NCBI GenBank assembly: GCA_963812605.1
Contig: CAWEWF010000004.1
Coordinates: 352,001-416,000, forward strand
Source: an uncultured Verrucomicrobiae bacterium
Lineage (GTDB): Bacteria > Verrucomicrobiota > Verrucomicrobiia > Palsa-1439
Length of the DNA: 64,000 bases
Direction: 5' to 3'
Position 1 is the stretch's first letter, and every line of letters begins with the position of its first letter. Position numbers and translations under genes: made by a program. Positions 1 to 10,514 of the stretch are shown piece after piece. The notes below the pieces were generated by a model. The model had not been told where the DNA came from. It did no database searches and saw nothing but the letters and a program-made list of their open reading frames with translations.

Positions 1-904
1 TGCGATTTTTGCCATCTGCCGCGCCAGCCGCATGCGCCGTCACAAACCCGCCGTGGTTCACGGCGTCTGGGCGACCGGACCCGCCACGGCCGCCGCGATC
101 CTGGGCCGGCTCTGCGGCATTCCGTTCAGCTTCGGCGGTCACGCCCATGATATTTACCGCCATGGCGGCGACGCATTTCTCGAACCCAAGCTCCGCGCCG
201 CGAGTTTCGTGCACACAACCACCGCGGCCGGCGCCACGTATTTGCGAGAACACGCGCGTGGCGCGGCAGTGAAGATCATTCTCGCGCGCCGCGGTCTGGA
301 TCGGCTTCCCCGAAAATCCGCTCGCGATACCGCAACGCGACCAATCCACCTGCTTTCCGTCGGCCGTCTCGTCCCGAAGAAGGGACACGACCACCAACTC
401 GCTGCTTGCGCCTTGTTGAAGTCGCGGGGCGTGCCATTCGCCTTGAGAATTGTTGGTGACGGCCCATTGCGGGACGAATTACAACGACGGATCGACCACG
501 ATGAACTCGGCAGTTTGGTCACGCTCTGCGGTGCGCTGTCTCCCGAACACGTCGAAGAAGAGTACCGGTGGGCGGACATTTTTTGGCACACCGGGGTGAT
601 CGACCCGCAAGGTGACCGCGATGGTATTCCAAATGTGATCCCCGAAGCGTTCGCTCATTGCCTGCCCGTGATCTCCAGCCGTACAGCGGGACCGATGGAA
701 GCGGTAGAACACGAAACGACCGGGCTGGTCGTGGATGTATCCGACGCCACGGAATTGGCGGGCGCGGTGAAACGTCTCGCCGGCGACCCGGCACTGCGCC
801 AGCGGCTTGGTGAAAATGGCCGGCGCTGGGTCGAGGAGCATTTCTTGATTGCCCAAAACGCCGCAACATTGGCACGCGCTTTCCATGATGTTTCCCAACG
901 ATAA
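1..904 (+). CDS. GT4 glycosyltransferase, 5' end outside window
   Basis: VGRLVPKKG, DRDGIPNVIPEAFA GT-B motifs. Confidence 0.9.
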   Translation, partial: AIFAICRASRMRRHKPAVVHGVWATGPATAAAILGRLCGIPFSFGGHAHDIYRHGGDAFLEPKLRAASFVHTTTAAGATYLREHARGAAVKIILARRGLDRLPRKSARDTATRPIHLLSVGRLVPKKGHDHQLAACALLKSRGVPFALRIVGDGPLRDELQRRIDHDELGSLVTLCGALSPEHVEEEYRWADIFWHTGVIDPQGDRDGIPNVIPEAFAHCLPVISSRTAGPMEAVEHETTGLVVDVSDATELAGAVKRLAGDPALRQRLGENGRRWVEEHFLIAQNAATLARAFHDVSQR

Positions 905-1562
905 ACACGCCGCGATCTCGTTTACCTTCGACGATGGCAGTCGCGAGCACTTCGACATGGCCGTGCCGCTGCTGAATGAATTCGGCTTCAAGGCAACGTT
1001 CTTCGTGATCGCCGGCCTGACTCGCGAGAATAAGAGCGATCCGCTCGTGGCCAATCGCCGCCGCGATTGGTGGGCGGAGGTAAGCTGGCAGGAATGGCGC
1101 AGCGCCGCGAACCAGGGCCATGAGATCGGCAATCACTCCCTGACCCATCCCGTTTTGACCCGCTTACGGGAAACGCAACGGTTGGGCGCGGAAGTCGTCG
1201 AAAGCGCGCGCCTCATCGAAGAAAAAATCGGGCAATGGCCGGCGAGCTTCGCATATCCGTACAACAAATCGAACACGACTGTGCGCGAATTGGTTCTCCA
1301 GCATCATCAGGCCGTGAGGGAAGAGCGGATTCGTTACGGCAGCCCCGGCTTTACCCTGGCCAAAGCGAATCGTCTGATTGACCGCGCCATTCGCAAAGGA
1401 GTTTGGGTTGTCTCCATGATTCACGGGATCGGTCGCGGTTACGATCCGCTCGATCCCGACCTGCTTCGCCAGCATCTCCAATACATAAAGGCCCGCGAAG
1501 CTGAAGTTTTGGTTGATACGTTCGGCGCTGTCAGCGCCTGGGTCAAACGGACTTCGGCTTGA
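885..1562 (+). CDS. polysaccharide deacetylase (CE4/NodB)
   Basis: TFDDG, HEIGNHSLTH, FAYPY motifs; ATG at 885/888. Confidence 0.9.
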   Translation: MMFPNDKHAAISFTFDDGSREHFDMAVPLLNEFGFKATFFVIAGLTRENKSDPLVANRRRDWWAEVSWQEWRSAANQGHEIGNHSLTHPVLTRLRETQRLGAEVVESARLIEEKIGQWPASFAYPYNKSNTTVRELVLQHHQAVREERIRYGSPGFTLAKANRLIDRAIRKGVWVVSMIHGIGRGYDPLDPDLLRQHLQYIKAREAEVLVDTFGAVSAWVKRTSA

Positions 1563-2760
1563 GTCCCGCCTTCTTCATGGCCAACTTGAGCGCTTCGCCA
1601 AAGCGGTCGAGTTGTTCCCGGGTATGCAGCGCCGTCGCTGCGGCGCGAATCAGGTCTTTGCCGGGCGGCACGCCCGGGGCAATCGACATCACCGTGAAAA
1701 AACCCTCGTCCCACAGCGCCTTCCACATCCAATAACACTTCTCCTTGTCGCCGACGACGATCGGCAACGCCGGCGTCGGGCTCTGCCAGTAATCGAGACC
1801 CAGGCCTTCCACGATGTCGCGCAAATAATGATGGTTGGCCCACAATCGCTCCCGATGCTCCGGTTCTTCCTGGATCACCTGCAACGCCGCGAGGGCGCTT
1901 GCCGCCGCCGGGGGACTGATGGCCGCGCTGAAAATAATCTGTCGCGAACTGCTGCGCAGATACTCGATCAACGCCTTGCTTCCCGCCACGAATCCCCCGG
2001 TGCTCGCCAGCGACTTCGAAAAACTGCCCGCAATCAAATCCACGCGCTCCGTCACTCCGAGTTGATCGCACACGCCGCGCCCGTCACGGCCGAGAATCCC
2101 AAAGCCGTGGGCATCGTCCACGACCATCGCCGCGCCGTATTGCCCGGCCAGGTCGCACAATCGCGGGAGTGACGCGATATGCCCCTCCATCGAGTACACG
2201 CCGTCCACCGCGATGGCCTTGGCCTGTTTCGCGTCGAGATGTTCGAGCAGTTGCGCCAGCGAGTCCATGTCCTCGTGCGCGAACCGTTCGATCTTTGCGC
2301 CGCTCAGCAATGCGCCGTCCCACAGCGATGAATGAATGCTGGGATCGACGATCAGGACGTCGTCGCGCTGGACCAAAGAACTTAAACTGCACATGCAAGC
2401 CAGATAACCCGCCGAAGTGACGTGGCACGCCTCCTTGCCGAGGAATGCCGCCAGCGCTTCCTCCAATTCAATGTGGTACGCGCGGCTGCCGTTGGCCAGT
2501 CGCGAACCGCACGAGCTGGCACCCCAGACGTCGAGCGCCTTCTTCGCCGCGGCCACGACCTTCGGATGACGGATCAGGCCGAGGTACTCGTTGGTGGACA
2601 TCATCACCATCGGCCGGCCCTCGACCATGATGTTCACGCCGTCGGCGGAATCGATGACGCGGTAATATGGCGCATACTTCAGCCGCAACCGCGTATTCAC
2701 GTCCGACTCGCACCGCTCAATGATGGGTTTGGACTTGCGAGAAAACAAAACTCGACACAC
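1543..2760 (-). CDS. PLP-dependent alpha-oxoamine synthase (serine palmitoyltransferase/BioF-like)
   Basis: NEYLGL, GSRLANG, DGVYSMEG, DDAHG, SFSKS. Confidence 0.85.
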   Translation of the reverse strand: MCRVLFSRKSKPIIERCESDVNTRLRLKYAPYYRVIDSADGVNIMVEGRPMVMMSTNEYLGLIRHPKVVAAAKKALDVWGASSCGSRLANGSRAYHIELEEALAAFLGKEACHVTSAGYLACMCSLSSLVQRDDVLIVDPSIHSSLWDGALLSGAKIERFAHEDMDSLAQLLEHLDAKQAKAIAVDGVYSMEGHIASLPRLCDLAGQYGAAMVVDDAHGFGILGRDGRGVCDQLGVTERVDLIAGSFSKSLASTGGFVAGSKALIEYLRSSSRQIIFSAAISPPAAASALAALQVIQEEPEHRERLWANHHYLRDIVEGLGLDYWQSPTPALPIVVGDKEKCYWMWKALWDEGFFTVMSIAPGVPPGKDLIRAAATALHTREQLDRFGEALKLAMKKAGLKPKSV

Positions 2761-3138
2761 TCCTTTGCCTTCGCGCGAAGCTAATAGAACGTCCCCCGCC
2801 AGTCAAGTCAGGCGGAGGTCGGTAGTGGGCCGGTCAAATATGTGCCCCTCCAAGGAAGGGACGAAGGGCTGGGGCTTCTTGTCCTCGGTAGCTTTAGCAG
2901 AGAGGAGTGCTTCTCTTCCCAGATCTCCCATCCGGAGTCCATGTAGCCGCAGGCTTTAGCCTGCGTTCGCACGCTTCCTGGAATTGTTGGACTCTATTCG
3001 GCTCGTGTGCTATTTGAGTGTGTTGCATACTGGTTCTTGCGGCCGTCCACTCGATGAAAGAAGATCCAGTCGATTGCTGCGTGTCTCGCTCTGGCGGGTC
3101 ACTGACTTTAGGCGCTAGGCCACAAACGCTTTTTTGGT

Positions 3139-3382
3139 TATGAAAGATCACATTGTTGCCGATGGAGCGGAGAGGTCGCGGAAAAGCCCGGAGTTTCAGG
3201 GACGCCTGCGGGAATTGCACAAATCTATTCGAGCGCGACACGCCGCGGAGTTGGCCACGGCTGGTTTTTTTCGCCGTCTTGTTTTACGCTGGCGCATCGC
3301 TTCGGAGTATCGTCGAGAGCGCCGGAGGGTTGTTCCGTCACCTCATTCACTTTACGCCGGACATCTTTTAGGGAGGTTTTGA
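3139..3382 (+). CDS. small basic hypothetical protein
   Basis: ORF directly upstream of the YdeI-like gene. Confidence 0.5.
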
Positions 3383-3610
3383 GTGATGAACGATTCGTGG
3401 CCTATTCCCCAGGATTTTTCCGATGCCCTGAAAGAAAGCGGGCTGGATGAGTTCTTTTCGGCCTACGCGGTTTCACACCGTCGAGAATATCTGAAGTGGA
3501 TTACCGAAGCCAAACGACCGGAGACGCGAAAGCAAAGAATCCAGAAAGCGGTGAAAATGCTTTCCGCCAAGCGCGTCGAAAAGGCTGCTCGCTCGAAGAA
3601 AAAAGCCTGA
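3383..3610 (+). CDS. YdeI/OmpD-associated domain protein
   Basis: P.D...AL...F...SHRREYLKWITEAKRPETRKQRI. Confidence 0.85.
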   Translation: MMNDSWPIPQDFSDALKESGLDEFFSAYAVSHRREYLKWITEAKRPETRKQRIQKAVKMLSAKRVEKAARSKKKA

Positions 3611-3700
3611 CATCGCACTGGTTGCGCCTTTCGTTCCACTACCGCAGGCTTGCCTTCGACTACGGCATGGTTTAGCTTTGAGCCGTTGGACGGAAGAAGC

Positions 3701-4234
3701 ATGAATACGGACAAGATTCCGTTGTCACTAAAGGTTGTTGCGTGGCTCTCCATTCTTTCGGGCATGGTCGGCATCGTCGAGATGATAATCATGCTCGCAC
3801 ATGGTCATTTCGTAATTAGTTGGGGCATTCTTCTAGTTTTAGCTGGCAGAGGACTGCTTCATTTGCAGCGTGGATGGCGAACGTTCACTTTGGTGCTCGC
3901 GTGGCTTTCCCTGCTTGTCTGGCCCTTCGCAGGCATTTGGTTCGCTTTGCATCCTAGCGCCGTCCGCGAGGAGATTCCAATGATGTTCGCCGGCCAGACC
4001 GTGGGTCACGTTCACTTTGCCGCCTATGCGTTATCTGTCATATTTTTCGCAGCCTATTCATTTTGGCAGCTGTGGGTGCTCACACGACCGCGTATCAAAG
4101 AGTTGTTTTTTGAAGGAAGCTTCCAGCAATTCGCTGCAGCAAATCCGGCGGCAGCCGAGATACAGGCGGACGTGAATGCAGGGCGACACGATCTCGCGCG
4201 AACCAAGCTCCAAGCATTCATGGATACGTGGTAG
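3701..4234 (+). CDS. membrane hypothetical protein (~4 TM)
   Basis: hydrophobic segments in ORF 3650..4234; ATG at 3701. Confidence 0.65.
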   Translation: MNTDKIPLSLKVVAWLSILSGMVGIVEMIIMLAHGHFVISWGILLVLAGRGLLHLQRGWRTFTLVLAWLSLLVWPFAGIWFALHPSAVREEIPMMFAGQTVGHVHFAAYALSVIFFAAYSFWQLWVLTRPRIKELFFEGSFQQFAAANPAAAEIQADVNAGRHDLARTKLQAFMDTW

Positions 4235-4237
4235 GGT

Positions 4238-5692
4238 TTGACCCACTCTCCAGCGCAGGCCGTGCGAAAGTCGTTGGCAAAGGGGCGGTTTGTCATTAAA
4301 ACTGCAACCACTTTGTCGCTGCGAGGAACCATCCTGTGGTTGATCGGCGCGCTGGCGTGCGCGCTGGGCGCCTTCGCGGAGAATGAGATCGTCTCCAACG
4401 TGGTGTCGCTCAACCAGCGTCCGCGCTACACGTTGCCGCAGTGCATCGACCGCGCGCTGGAGGACAATTCCGACATCCTGGTGGCGAAGAAGCATCTCGA
4501 AGAGGCCGCGGGCGCGATCATTGAAGCGCGCGCGGGTTACCTGCCGGCGCTCACCACCTACGCCAATTTCGAATGGCTCGAAGCCAACTACGCGACGCTG
4601 AATGGATCGGTGAGCAATCGGTCGGACATCTGGAACGTCAACATCCGCCTGACCGAAACCGTTTATGCGGGCGGCGCGGTGCGCGCCGGGATGGACATCG
4701 CGCGGTTGCAACAGCACTCGCGCACGCTCGACTACGAGGGCACGGTGAATCAGGTCATCATGGACGTGCGCATCGCCTTCTATGACATTCTGCGCAATCA
4801 ATCCGATGCCGCCGTCCACGAACAGGCCGTGAGTTTTCTATCCGAACAGGCCAAAAACGAACGCTCGCGGATGGAAGTCGGGACGGGCCAGAAGCTCAAC
4901 GTCCTCCGCGCCGAGGTGAATCTGGCCCTGGAACAGTCGGCGCTCGTCGATGCCCGCAATCGCCTGCGCAATTCCTATTTGCGACTCAGCCAACTCTTGT
5001 CGATCCCCTATTCCATCGATCAGGACGAAATCCCCTTTGATATCGAGGGGACGCTGGCTTACGAGAAAACCGCGCTCGAACTGGACGATTGTCTTTCGCG
5101 CGCGCTCGCGCAACGCCCCGAACTCACCGCCCGGGAAAACGACATCAACGTCCAGAAGAAACAACTGATCGTCGATCGCAGCGCGGTGCTGCCGCACGTC
5201 AGCCTGTTTGCCGGTTACGATGTCGTCAGCGAACCTGACCGCACGCAGTCAGCGGACCATTACGACGGTTATCTGGCGGGTGTCTCGGTCAGTTGGCAGT
5301 TGTTCGACGGTTTCGCCGCGCGGGGCCGCATGAACGCCACCCGCGCCCGCGTCGAAGCCGCCGAGATTTCCCATGACGCGGTTTATCGCAACATCGAGAC
5401 CGATGTGTTGCTCGCTTATCGCGACCTGCAACGGTCCGAGGAAAACATCCAGACGCAAACGGCCAACGTGCAACTCGCCACCGATTCCCTGAAACTTGCC
5501 ACGGCGAACTTTGGCCTCGGGCTGACAAGCCAATTGGAACTCCTGCAGAGCCAGTTGGACCTGACGCGTGCGCAGGTAGCGGAATTGTCGGCGCGATACG
5601 AATACAACGCCGCGCTGGCGCGGTTGGAGCGCGCCATGGGCACCCACTTTCAAATCACCGACGCCCGTTCCACGGGTAAAGGCGGCCCATGA
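4238..5692 (+). CDS. TolC-family outer membrane efflux protein
   Basis: two OEP helical repeats, signal-like segment; true start probably downstream. Confidence 0.88.
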   Translation: MTHSPAQAVRKSLAKGRFVIKTATTLSLRGTILWLIGALACALGAFAENEIVSNVVSLNQRPRYTLPQCIDRALEDNSDILVAKKHLEEAAGAIIEARAGYLPALTTYANFEWLEANYATLNGSVSNRSDIWNVNIRLTETVYAGGAVRAGMDIARLQQHSRTLDYEGTVNQVIMDVRIAFYDILRNQSDAAVHEQAVSFLSEQAKNERSRMEVGTGQKLNVLRAEVNLALEQSALVDARNRLRNSYLRLSQLLSIPYSIDQDEIPFDIEGTLAYEKTALELDDCLSRALAQRPELTARENDINVQKKQLIVDRSAVLPHVSLFAGYDVVSEPDRTQSADHYDGYLAGVSVSWQLFDGFAARGRMNATRARVEAAEISHDAVYRNIETDVLLAYRDLQRSEENIQTQTANVQLATDSLKLATANFGLGLTSQLELLQSQLDLTRAQVAELSARYEYNAALARLERAMGTHFQITDARSTGKGGP

Positions 5693-7053
5693 GATGCGGA
5701 TGCTACAAAACTTGCATTCTGCTTCTCGTGCTTTGCGTCGCACAAACCTCGCTGGCGCAAATCGAGAAACAGGCGGAGACATATGACCTGACCTTGGAAG
5801 ACTGCCTGGTGTCAACGCTGACGGGGAACCCGGAGATCCAGCAGTTGCGGGTGGATGTCGAACGCGCGGCGGGCACCAGGCTCATATTTCGTTCGCGCGC
5901 GCTGCCGCAACTGGCTGCGCAAACCGAGGATGGCTGGCGGGGAGACCCGTTATACCCTCCCGCGGGCCTGTTCAGCATTGTCACCGCGCAGTTTTCCCAA
6001 CCACTCTTCGACGCGGGGATTCCGCCGTCACTTCGTCGCGGCCGATTGGAAGTCACCCTCGCCCAACAAAATCTCAATCGCGCAGTGACGGATCGCTTGC
6101 ACGAAGCCCGTCTTCTTTTTTTGCAAGCGCTGTATTTCCGCGATCTCGTCGCCGTGCATGAGGAACTCGGCAAGCATCTCCAGGCCAACGTGCAGAGCGA
6201 GCAACAGCGCCGCGACGTCGGTGCCGGTAATGAAGCGGCCTTGAAATGGGCGAAGATCCAACAACTGAACCTGGAATTTGCTCTCGCCAATCTGCGAAAT
6301 GCCCACTTTTCCACGGTGACGCGGATCGCCGAGGTATGCGGACGCGATTCGAGCCAGGGCACGAATGGCACACGGCGGTTATGGCTGCCAAAACCGGTCG
6401 GGGCCCTGCGCTACGAACCAGTGAAGATGGATCTGGCGCAGGAATCCGCCGACGCGCTGCAGCAGCGTGCCGACCTGAAATTGTTGCAGGCGCTTGTCGA
6501 CGCGACCGCCGCCGACAAGCAGACTGTTCGAGCGCAGTATCTTCCTGTGGTATCACTCGTGGCGTCGGGGTTGTTCGTTCCCCAGAACCTCCTGGTGAGC
6601 AAGCAGACCGATATCGTGCCCGGGCAGGACACACGCACAAGCGAACTGGAAGCCGGGGTGGCGTTGACCTGGCGTGTCATCGACAACGGACAGGTCATTG
6701 GCGCGAGCCACCGGCTGGAAGCCACGCAAGAGGCGTACGAGACCCTGCTGTTCAAGCTGGAGCAAAACATCCCGCGCGAACTCGCGACCATCCAGGGCGC
6801 CTGGCAAAGCGCGGACGCGCGCCGCGAAGCATTCCTCAAGTCCGTTGAGTCCGCCGAGGAGAATCTCCGGTTGATCGAAGCACAGGTTTCGCTGGGCCAG
6901 GCCACGCAGTTTGATTTTTTGAAGGCGCAAAGCAACCTGCTGGCCGTGCGCGCCGGCCTCCTGGAGGCAACGTACGCCTGCGAAGGGGCTCGGGCTGAAT
7001 TGGACCATGCCACCGGCCGCTATTTGCAATACGTCGCCGCCCCCGCGCCATGA
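5689..7053 (+). CDS. second TolC-family protein
   Basis: OEP pattern; ATGA overlap with previous gene. Confidence 0.85.
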   Translation: MRCGCYKTCILLLVLCVAQTSLAQIEKQAETYDLTLEDCLVSTLTGNPEIQQLRVDVERAAGTRLIFRSRALPQLAAQTEDGWRGDPLYPPAGLFSIVTAQFSQPLFDAGIPPSLRRGRLEVTLAQQNLNRAVTDRLHEARLLFLQALYFRDLVAVHEELGKHLQANVQSEQQRRDVGAGNEAALKWAKIQQLNLEFALANLRNAHFSTVTRIAEVCGRDSSQGTNGTRRLWLPKPVGALRYEPVKMDLAQESADALQQRADLKLLQALVDATAADKQTVRAQYLPVVSLVASGLFVPQNLLVSKQTDIVPGQDTRTSELEAGVALTWRVIDNGQVIGASHRLEATQEAYETLLFKLEQNIPRELATIQGAWQSADARREAFLKSVESAEENLRLIEAQVSLGQATQFDFLKAQSNLLAVRAGLLEATYACEGARAELDHATGRYLQYVAAPAP

Positions 7054-7106
7054 GGGCACTTGCGTTGTCAGAGAGGCGTGATTAGTATCCCTCCGTCGTT
7101 TTCACG

Positions 7107-8225
7107 ATGAAAAAAATTGTCATTCTGGCGGCGCTCATCGTTTCGGCTACAGCCGTAATCCTCTACGGCATGTGGGCTTCCCGCCCGGCCGCGGAGGTGT
7201 ATGTCGCGCAACGCGGCACGGCTATTTCCGCGGTGTATGGCACGGTGAAAGTCGTGGCCTCCCTGACCATGAATGTTCGCGCGCGCAATAGCGGTACGAT
7301 CCGTTTTTCCGATCGCATCGCCACGAATACGATTGTTGGGCTGGTGGTTACGCAAGGTGAATTGCTCGCCACCATTGCCAACGAAGACCTCGACCGCGAA
7401 GTCGCCAAGGCCGAGTCGGATTTGAAGGCCGCCGAGGAGCGACGGAGAATCGGCCCGTCCGGTCAGCCGCCGCTTAATACACAAGAGGCCTTGCTGACGC
7501 GGTTGGAAAAACTGGCGCAAATGCAAAACGTGCCCGCAGCGGATCTCGAGCGGACCCGCAATGAGGTGCAAGCCCTGCGCGAACGCGTGCGCGTTGAGCA
7601 ACTGGAACTCGACCAGCAGGTGGCGGTCTATCGTGACCAGGCCGGGGTGTTGCACGACCGCAAAGCGCACTGCCTGATCACGTCGCCGATCGAAGGCTAT
7701 CTCAATAACGTCAACTGCCTCAACGGTGAGTTCATCGGCGACGGCAGCACGCCGTTCGTCGTCGCAACCGTGGCCACGTATCTCGAGGGCCAGATCAACG
7801 AAGAGGACGTCGGCCAGGTGGCGCCGGGGATGAAGGCCGCCGTGCGGCTCTACTCCTACGCCAATCAGGATTTTGCCGCCACCGTTGCCCAGATTCTTCC
7901 CACGGCGAACAACCAGCGCTATACGATCACCCTGACACTGGACAAGGCGCCGCCCAATCTGATGTCGGGCATGACGGGTGAGATGAACATCGTCGCCGGC
8001 AAACGCGAGGATGCGCTGATCATCCCATCGCGGGCGGTACTGGCTGACCACGTGTTCGTCGTCAAGGACAACGTGGTAAAGCCGCGCGCCGTGAAGATCG
8101 GTTTTCGCAATCTCGAACGCACGGAGATCCTGGAGGGATTGAAGGAAGGCGAGCAGGTGGTCGTCGCCGACCAGGATTTGTTCCGACCCGGCCAGCGCGT
8201 CCGCGCCATCACCACCAACCGGTAG
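7107..8225 (+). CDS. membrane fusion protein (MacA/HlyD-like)
   Basis: N-terminal anchor, lipoyl halves (ITSPIEG), GMT, GLKEGEQVV. Confidence 0.9.
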   Translation: MKKIVILAALIVSATAVILYGMWASRPAAEVYVAQRGTAISAVYGTVKVVASLTMNVRARNSGTIRFSDRIATNTIVGLVVTQGELLATIANEDLDREVAKAESDLKAAEERRRIGPSGQPPLNTQEALLTRLEKLAQMQNVPAADLERTRNEVQALRERVRVEQLELDQQVAVYRDQAGVLHDRKAHCLITSPIEGYLNNVNCLNGEFIGDGSTPFVVATVATYLEGQINEEDVGQVAPGMKAAVRLYSYANQDFAATVAQILPTANNQRYTITLTLDKAPPNLMSGMTGEMNIVAGKREDALIIPSRAVLADHVFVVKDNVVKPRAVKIGFRNLERTEILEGLKEGEQVVVADQDLFRPGQRVRAITTNR

Positions 8226-8232
8226 CTTTCGC

Positions 8233-9480
8233 ATGCCTTCCCCGCTGTATATCGCGCTGCGTTTCATCGGTCATCGCAAGAAGGCGATCATTCTCAGCCT
8301 CGGCGGGATTATTCTCGGTGTGGCGTTTTTCATTTGCACCCAGGCGCAGACCCAGGGTTTCGAACGATTTTACATTCAAACGGTCCTGGGCACGACTGGC
8401 TCGATCATGGTGCAGGACCGGTTTCAGGACCGGTTTTCGGGCATTTTGCAGCCACAGGGCAACGCCGTTGTCAGCATCCAGAACGAAAAGCCGCGCAAAT
8501 ACTACGAGGGGATCACGGACTCGGACGAGGTCATGCGCGTGATTCGCACTTTCTCCAACGTCCTCGCCTGCGCGCCCGTCCTGGAAGGCAATGCGACGGT
8601 GGACACCGATTTTACCAGCGACGTTTTTCGGCCGCAAGGCATCGACCTGGACTCGCAACTGCAAGCCACCGATCTGCGCCGTTATATGACCGCCGGCGAT
8701 CTCGGCGATTTTCGCCAGAAATCCTCGGGACTGCTCCTCGGCGTGGCGCTCGCGCAGAAGCTGCGCGTCCAGGTGGGCAACACGGTCACGATCATGGGAC
8801 CGAGCGGCGAGCGGCGCAGTTTTGAAGTTTGCGGGATCTTCCGCACTGGCGACAATTTGATCGACGAGAAGCGCGGGTTCATCCATCTGCGCGTCGCGCA
8901 AAGTTTATTGAACAAGCCGTCTGAGGTTTCGTTTATTCTCGTCAAGCTGCGCGATCCCGACCGCGCGCCGCAACTGGCCGCGCACCTCGAGTCCCTGCTC
9001 CAGCATCGCTCGCGCAGTTGGCAGGAACGCGAGCATGGGAACCTGCAAATCTTCAAGGCCATCCGCTACTCCGCCGCTATCACGGTCTCGACGATCATCG
9101 TGCTCGCCGGCTTCGGCATTTTCAACATCCTCACGCTGATGGTCCTGGAGAAAGTGCGCGAGATCGCAATCCTTCGCTCCATGGGCTACCGCCGGGGCGA
9201 CATCAGCGCGATTTTTCTCTGGCAGGGCTTGCTGGTCGCCGTCATCGGCTCCCTGGCGGGCTGCGTGCTCGGGGCGGTGCTGACGTGGGGCGTGTCGCGG
9301 ATTCCGATCAAGATGCGCGGCTTCTTCGCGACGGAACATTTCCTCGTTTATTGGAGTTGGTACCACTATGCGGCGGCCATTGGCATCGCGTTCGTCGGCG
9401 TATTCCTGGCGAGCTACTTCCCGGCGCGGCGCGCGGCCAGGCTGGCCCCGGTAACCATTCTTCGGGGTTCCGGACAATGA
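8233..9480 (+). CDS. ABC permease, LolC/E-MacB-FtsX type
   Basis: EKVREIAILRSMG, PARRAARLAP. Confidence 0.9.
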   Translation: MPSPLYIALRFIGHRKKAIILSLGGIILGVAFFICTQAQTQGFERFYIQTVLGTTGSIMVQDRFQDRFSGILQPQGNAVVSIQNEKPRKYYEGITDSDEVMRVIRTFSNVLACAPVLEGNATVDTDFTSDVFRPQGIDLDSQLQATDLRRYMTAGDLGDFRQKSSGLLLGVALAQKLRVQVGNTVTIMGPSGERRSFEVCGIFRTGDNLIDEKRGFIHLRVAQSLLNKPSEVSFILVKLRDPDRAPQLAAHLESLLQHRSRSWQEREHGNLQIFKAIRYSAAITVSTIIVLAGFGIFNILTLMVLEKVREIAILRSMGYRRGDISAIFLWQGLLVAVIGSLAGCVLGAVLTWGVSRIPIKMRGFFATEHFLVYWSWYHYAAAIGIAFVGVFLASYFPARRAARLAPVTILRGSGQ

Positions 9481-10217
9481 CGAACAGCGCCACATCCGCG
9501 GTCAAAGCCGACGCCAGAAGCACGCCGGTCGCGGCGTTGTCCTGCCATGGATTACAGCGCTATCTCGGCGAATTCGAATCGCGCGTGCATGTGCTGCGCG
9601 GAATCACACTGGACGTCCAAATCGGCTCGGTTCACTCGATTGTCGGCCCGTCCGGTTGCGGCAAGAGCACGCTGCTGTACGTATTGGGATTGCTCGACCT
9701 CCCCGACGAGGGGCGGATCATCATCGGCGGCCAGGACGTGTCGGGATTGTCCGACAATGATTTGTCGCAGAAGCGCAGCGAGTTGATCGGGTTCGTTTTT
9801 CAGTTTCATTTCCTGATGCACGAGTTCACCGCGCTGGAGAACGTGACCATCCCGATGCGGCGGCTGGCCAAATTAAGTCCCCGTGAAATGCGCGACCGGG
9901 CAGCGATGCTGCTCGATGCCGTGGGACTGGGCAGCAAACTGGAGCGGCCCGCCAATCATCTTTCCGGCGGGGAACAACAACGCGTCGCCATCGCTCGTTC
10001 GCTGGCCAACGACCCGAAAATCCTCCTCGCCGACGAGCCCACCGGCAATCTCGACGCCGAAAACTCCGAGCGCATCTTCAACCTGCTGACCGAACTGGTG
10101 AAACGCGAGCAAAAGGCCCTCCTGCTGGCCACCCACAACCCCCAAATCGCCCGAGCCGGCGATTTCATCCACGAAATGAAAGACGGCGTCGTGGTGCGCA
10201 GCGGCCCGCCGGGTTAG
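9477..10217 (+). CDS. ABC ATPase, LolD-like
   Basis: GPSGCGKST, LSGGEQQR, ADEPTGNLD; ATGA overlap at 9477. Confidence 0.92.
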   Translation: MTNSATSAVKADARSTPVAALSCHGLQRYLGEFESRVHVLRGITLDVQIGSVHSIVGPSGCGKSTLLYVLGLLDLPDEGRIIIGGQDVSGLSDNDLSQKRSELIGFVFQFHFLMHEFTALENVTIPMRRLAKLSPREMRDRAAMLLDAVGLGSKLERPANHLSGGEQQRVAIARSLANDPKILLADEPTGNLDAENSERIFNLLTELVKREQKALLLATHNPQIARAGDFIHEMKDGVVVRSGPPG

Positions 10218-10247
10218 AGATGCCTACGAGACCTATTAGGGATTCTA

Positions 10248-10283
10248 AATCCTGATTGACAGGATTCTAAATTGGCGTATGTT
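10248..10283 (+). promoter_or_regulatory. vapBC promoter/operator
   Basis: TTGACA (10256)-16 bp-TATGTT; inverted repeat AATCCTG-N5-CAGGATT over the -35. Confidence 0.6.
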
Positions 10284-10289
10284 GGAAGC

Positions 10290-10514
10290 ATGAAAACGAC
10301 CATTGATATTCCAGAAGAACTGCTTCGGGAAACCATCAAACGCACCCGCGCCAAGACGAAACGCGACGCGGTCGTTACCGCCCTTGAAAAATTCAACCGC
10401 CTCCAACGCCTTCGCGAATTGAATGCGAAATTGCGGGGAACATTCGTTGACTTCATGACCCAAGACGACCTCAAGATCATGCGCGAAGATGCGAAATGGA
10501 CGAGGACCTCGTGA
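10290..10514 (+). CDS. vapB: VapB-type antitoxin
   Basis: MKTTIDIPEELL...TKRDAV..AL ribbon-helix-helix pattern, upstream of PIN gene. Confidence 0.85.
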   Translation: MKTTIDIPEELLRETIKRTRAKTKRDAVVTALEKFNRLQRLRELNAKLRGTFVDFMTQDDLKIMREDAKWTRTS

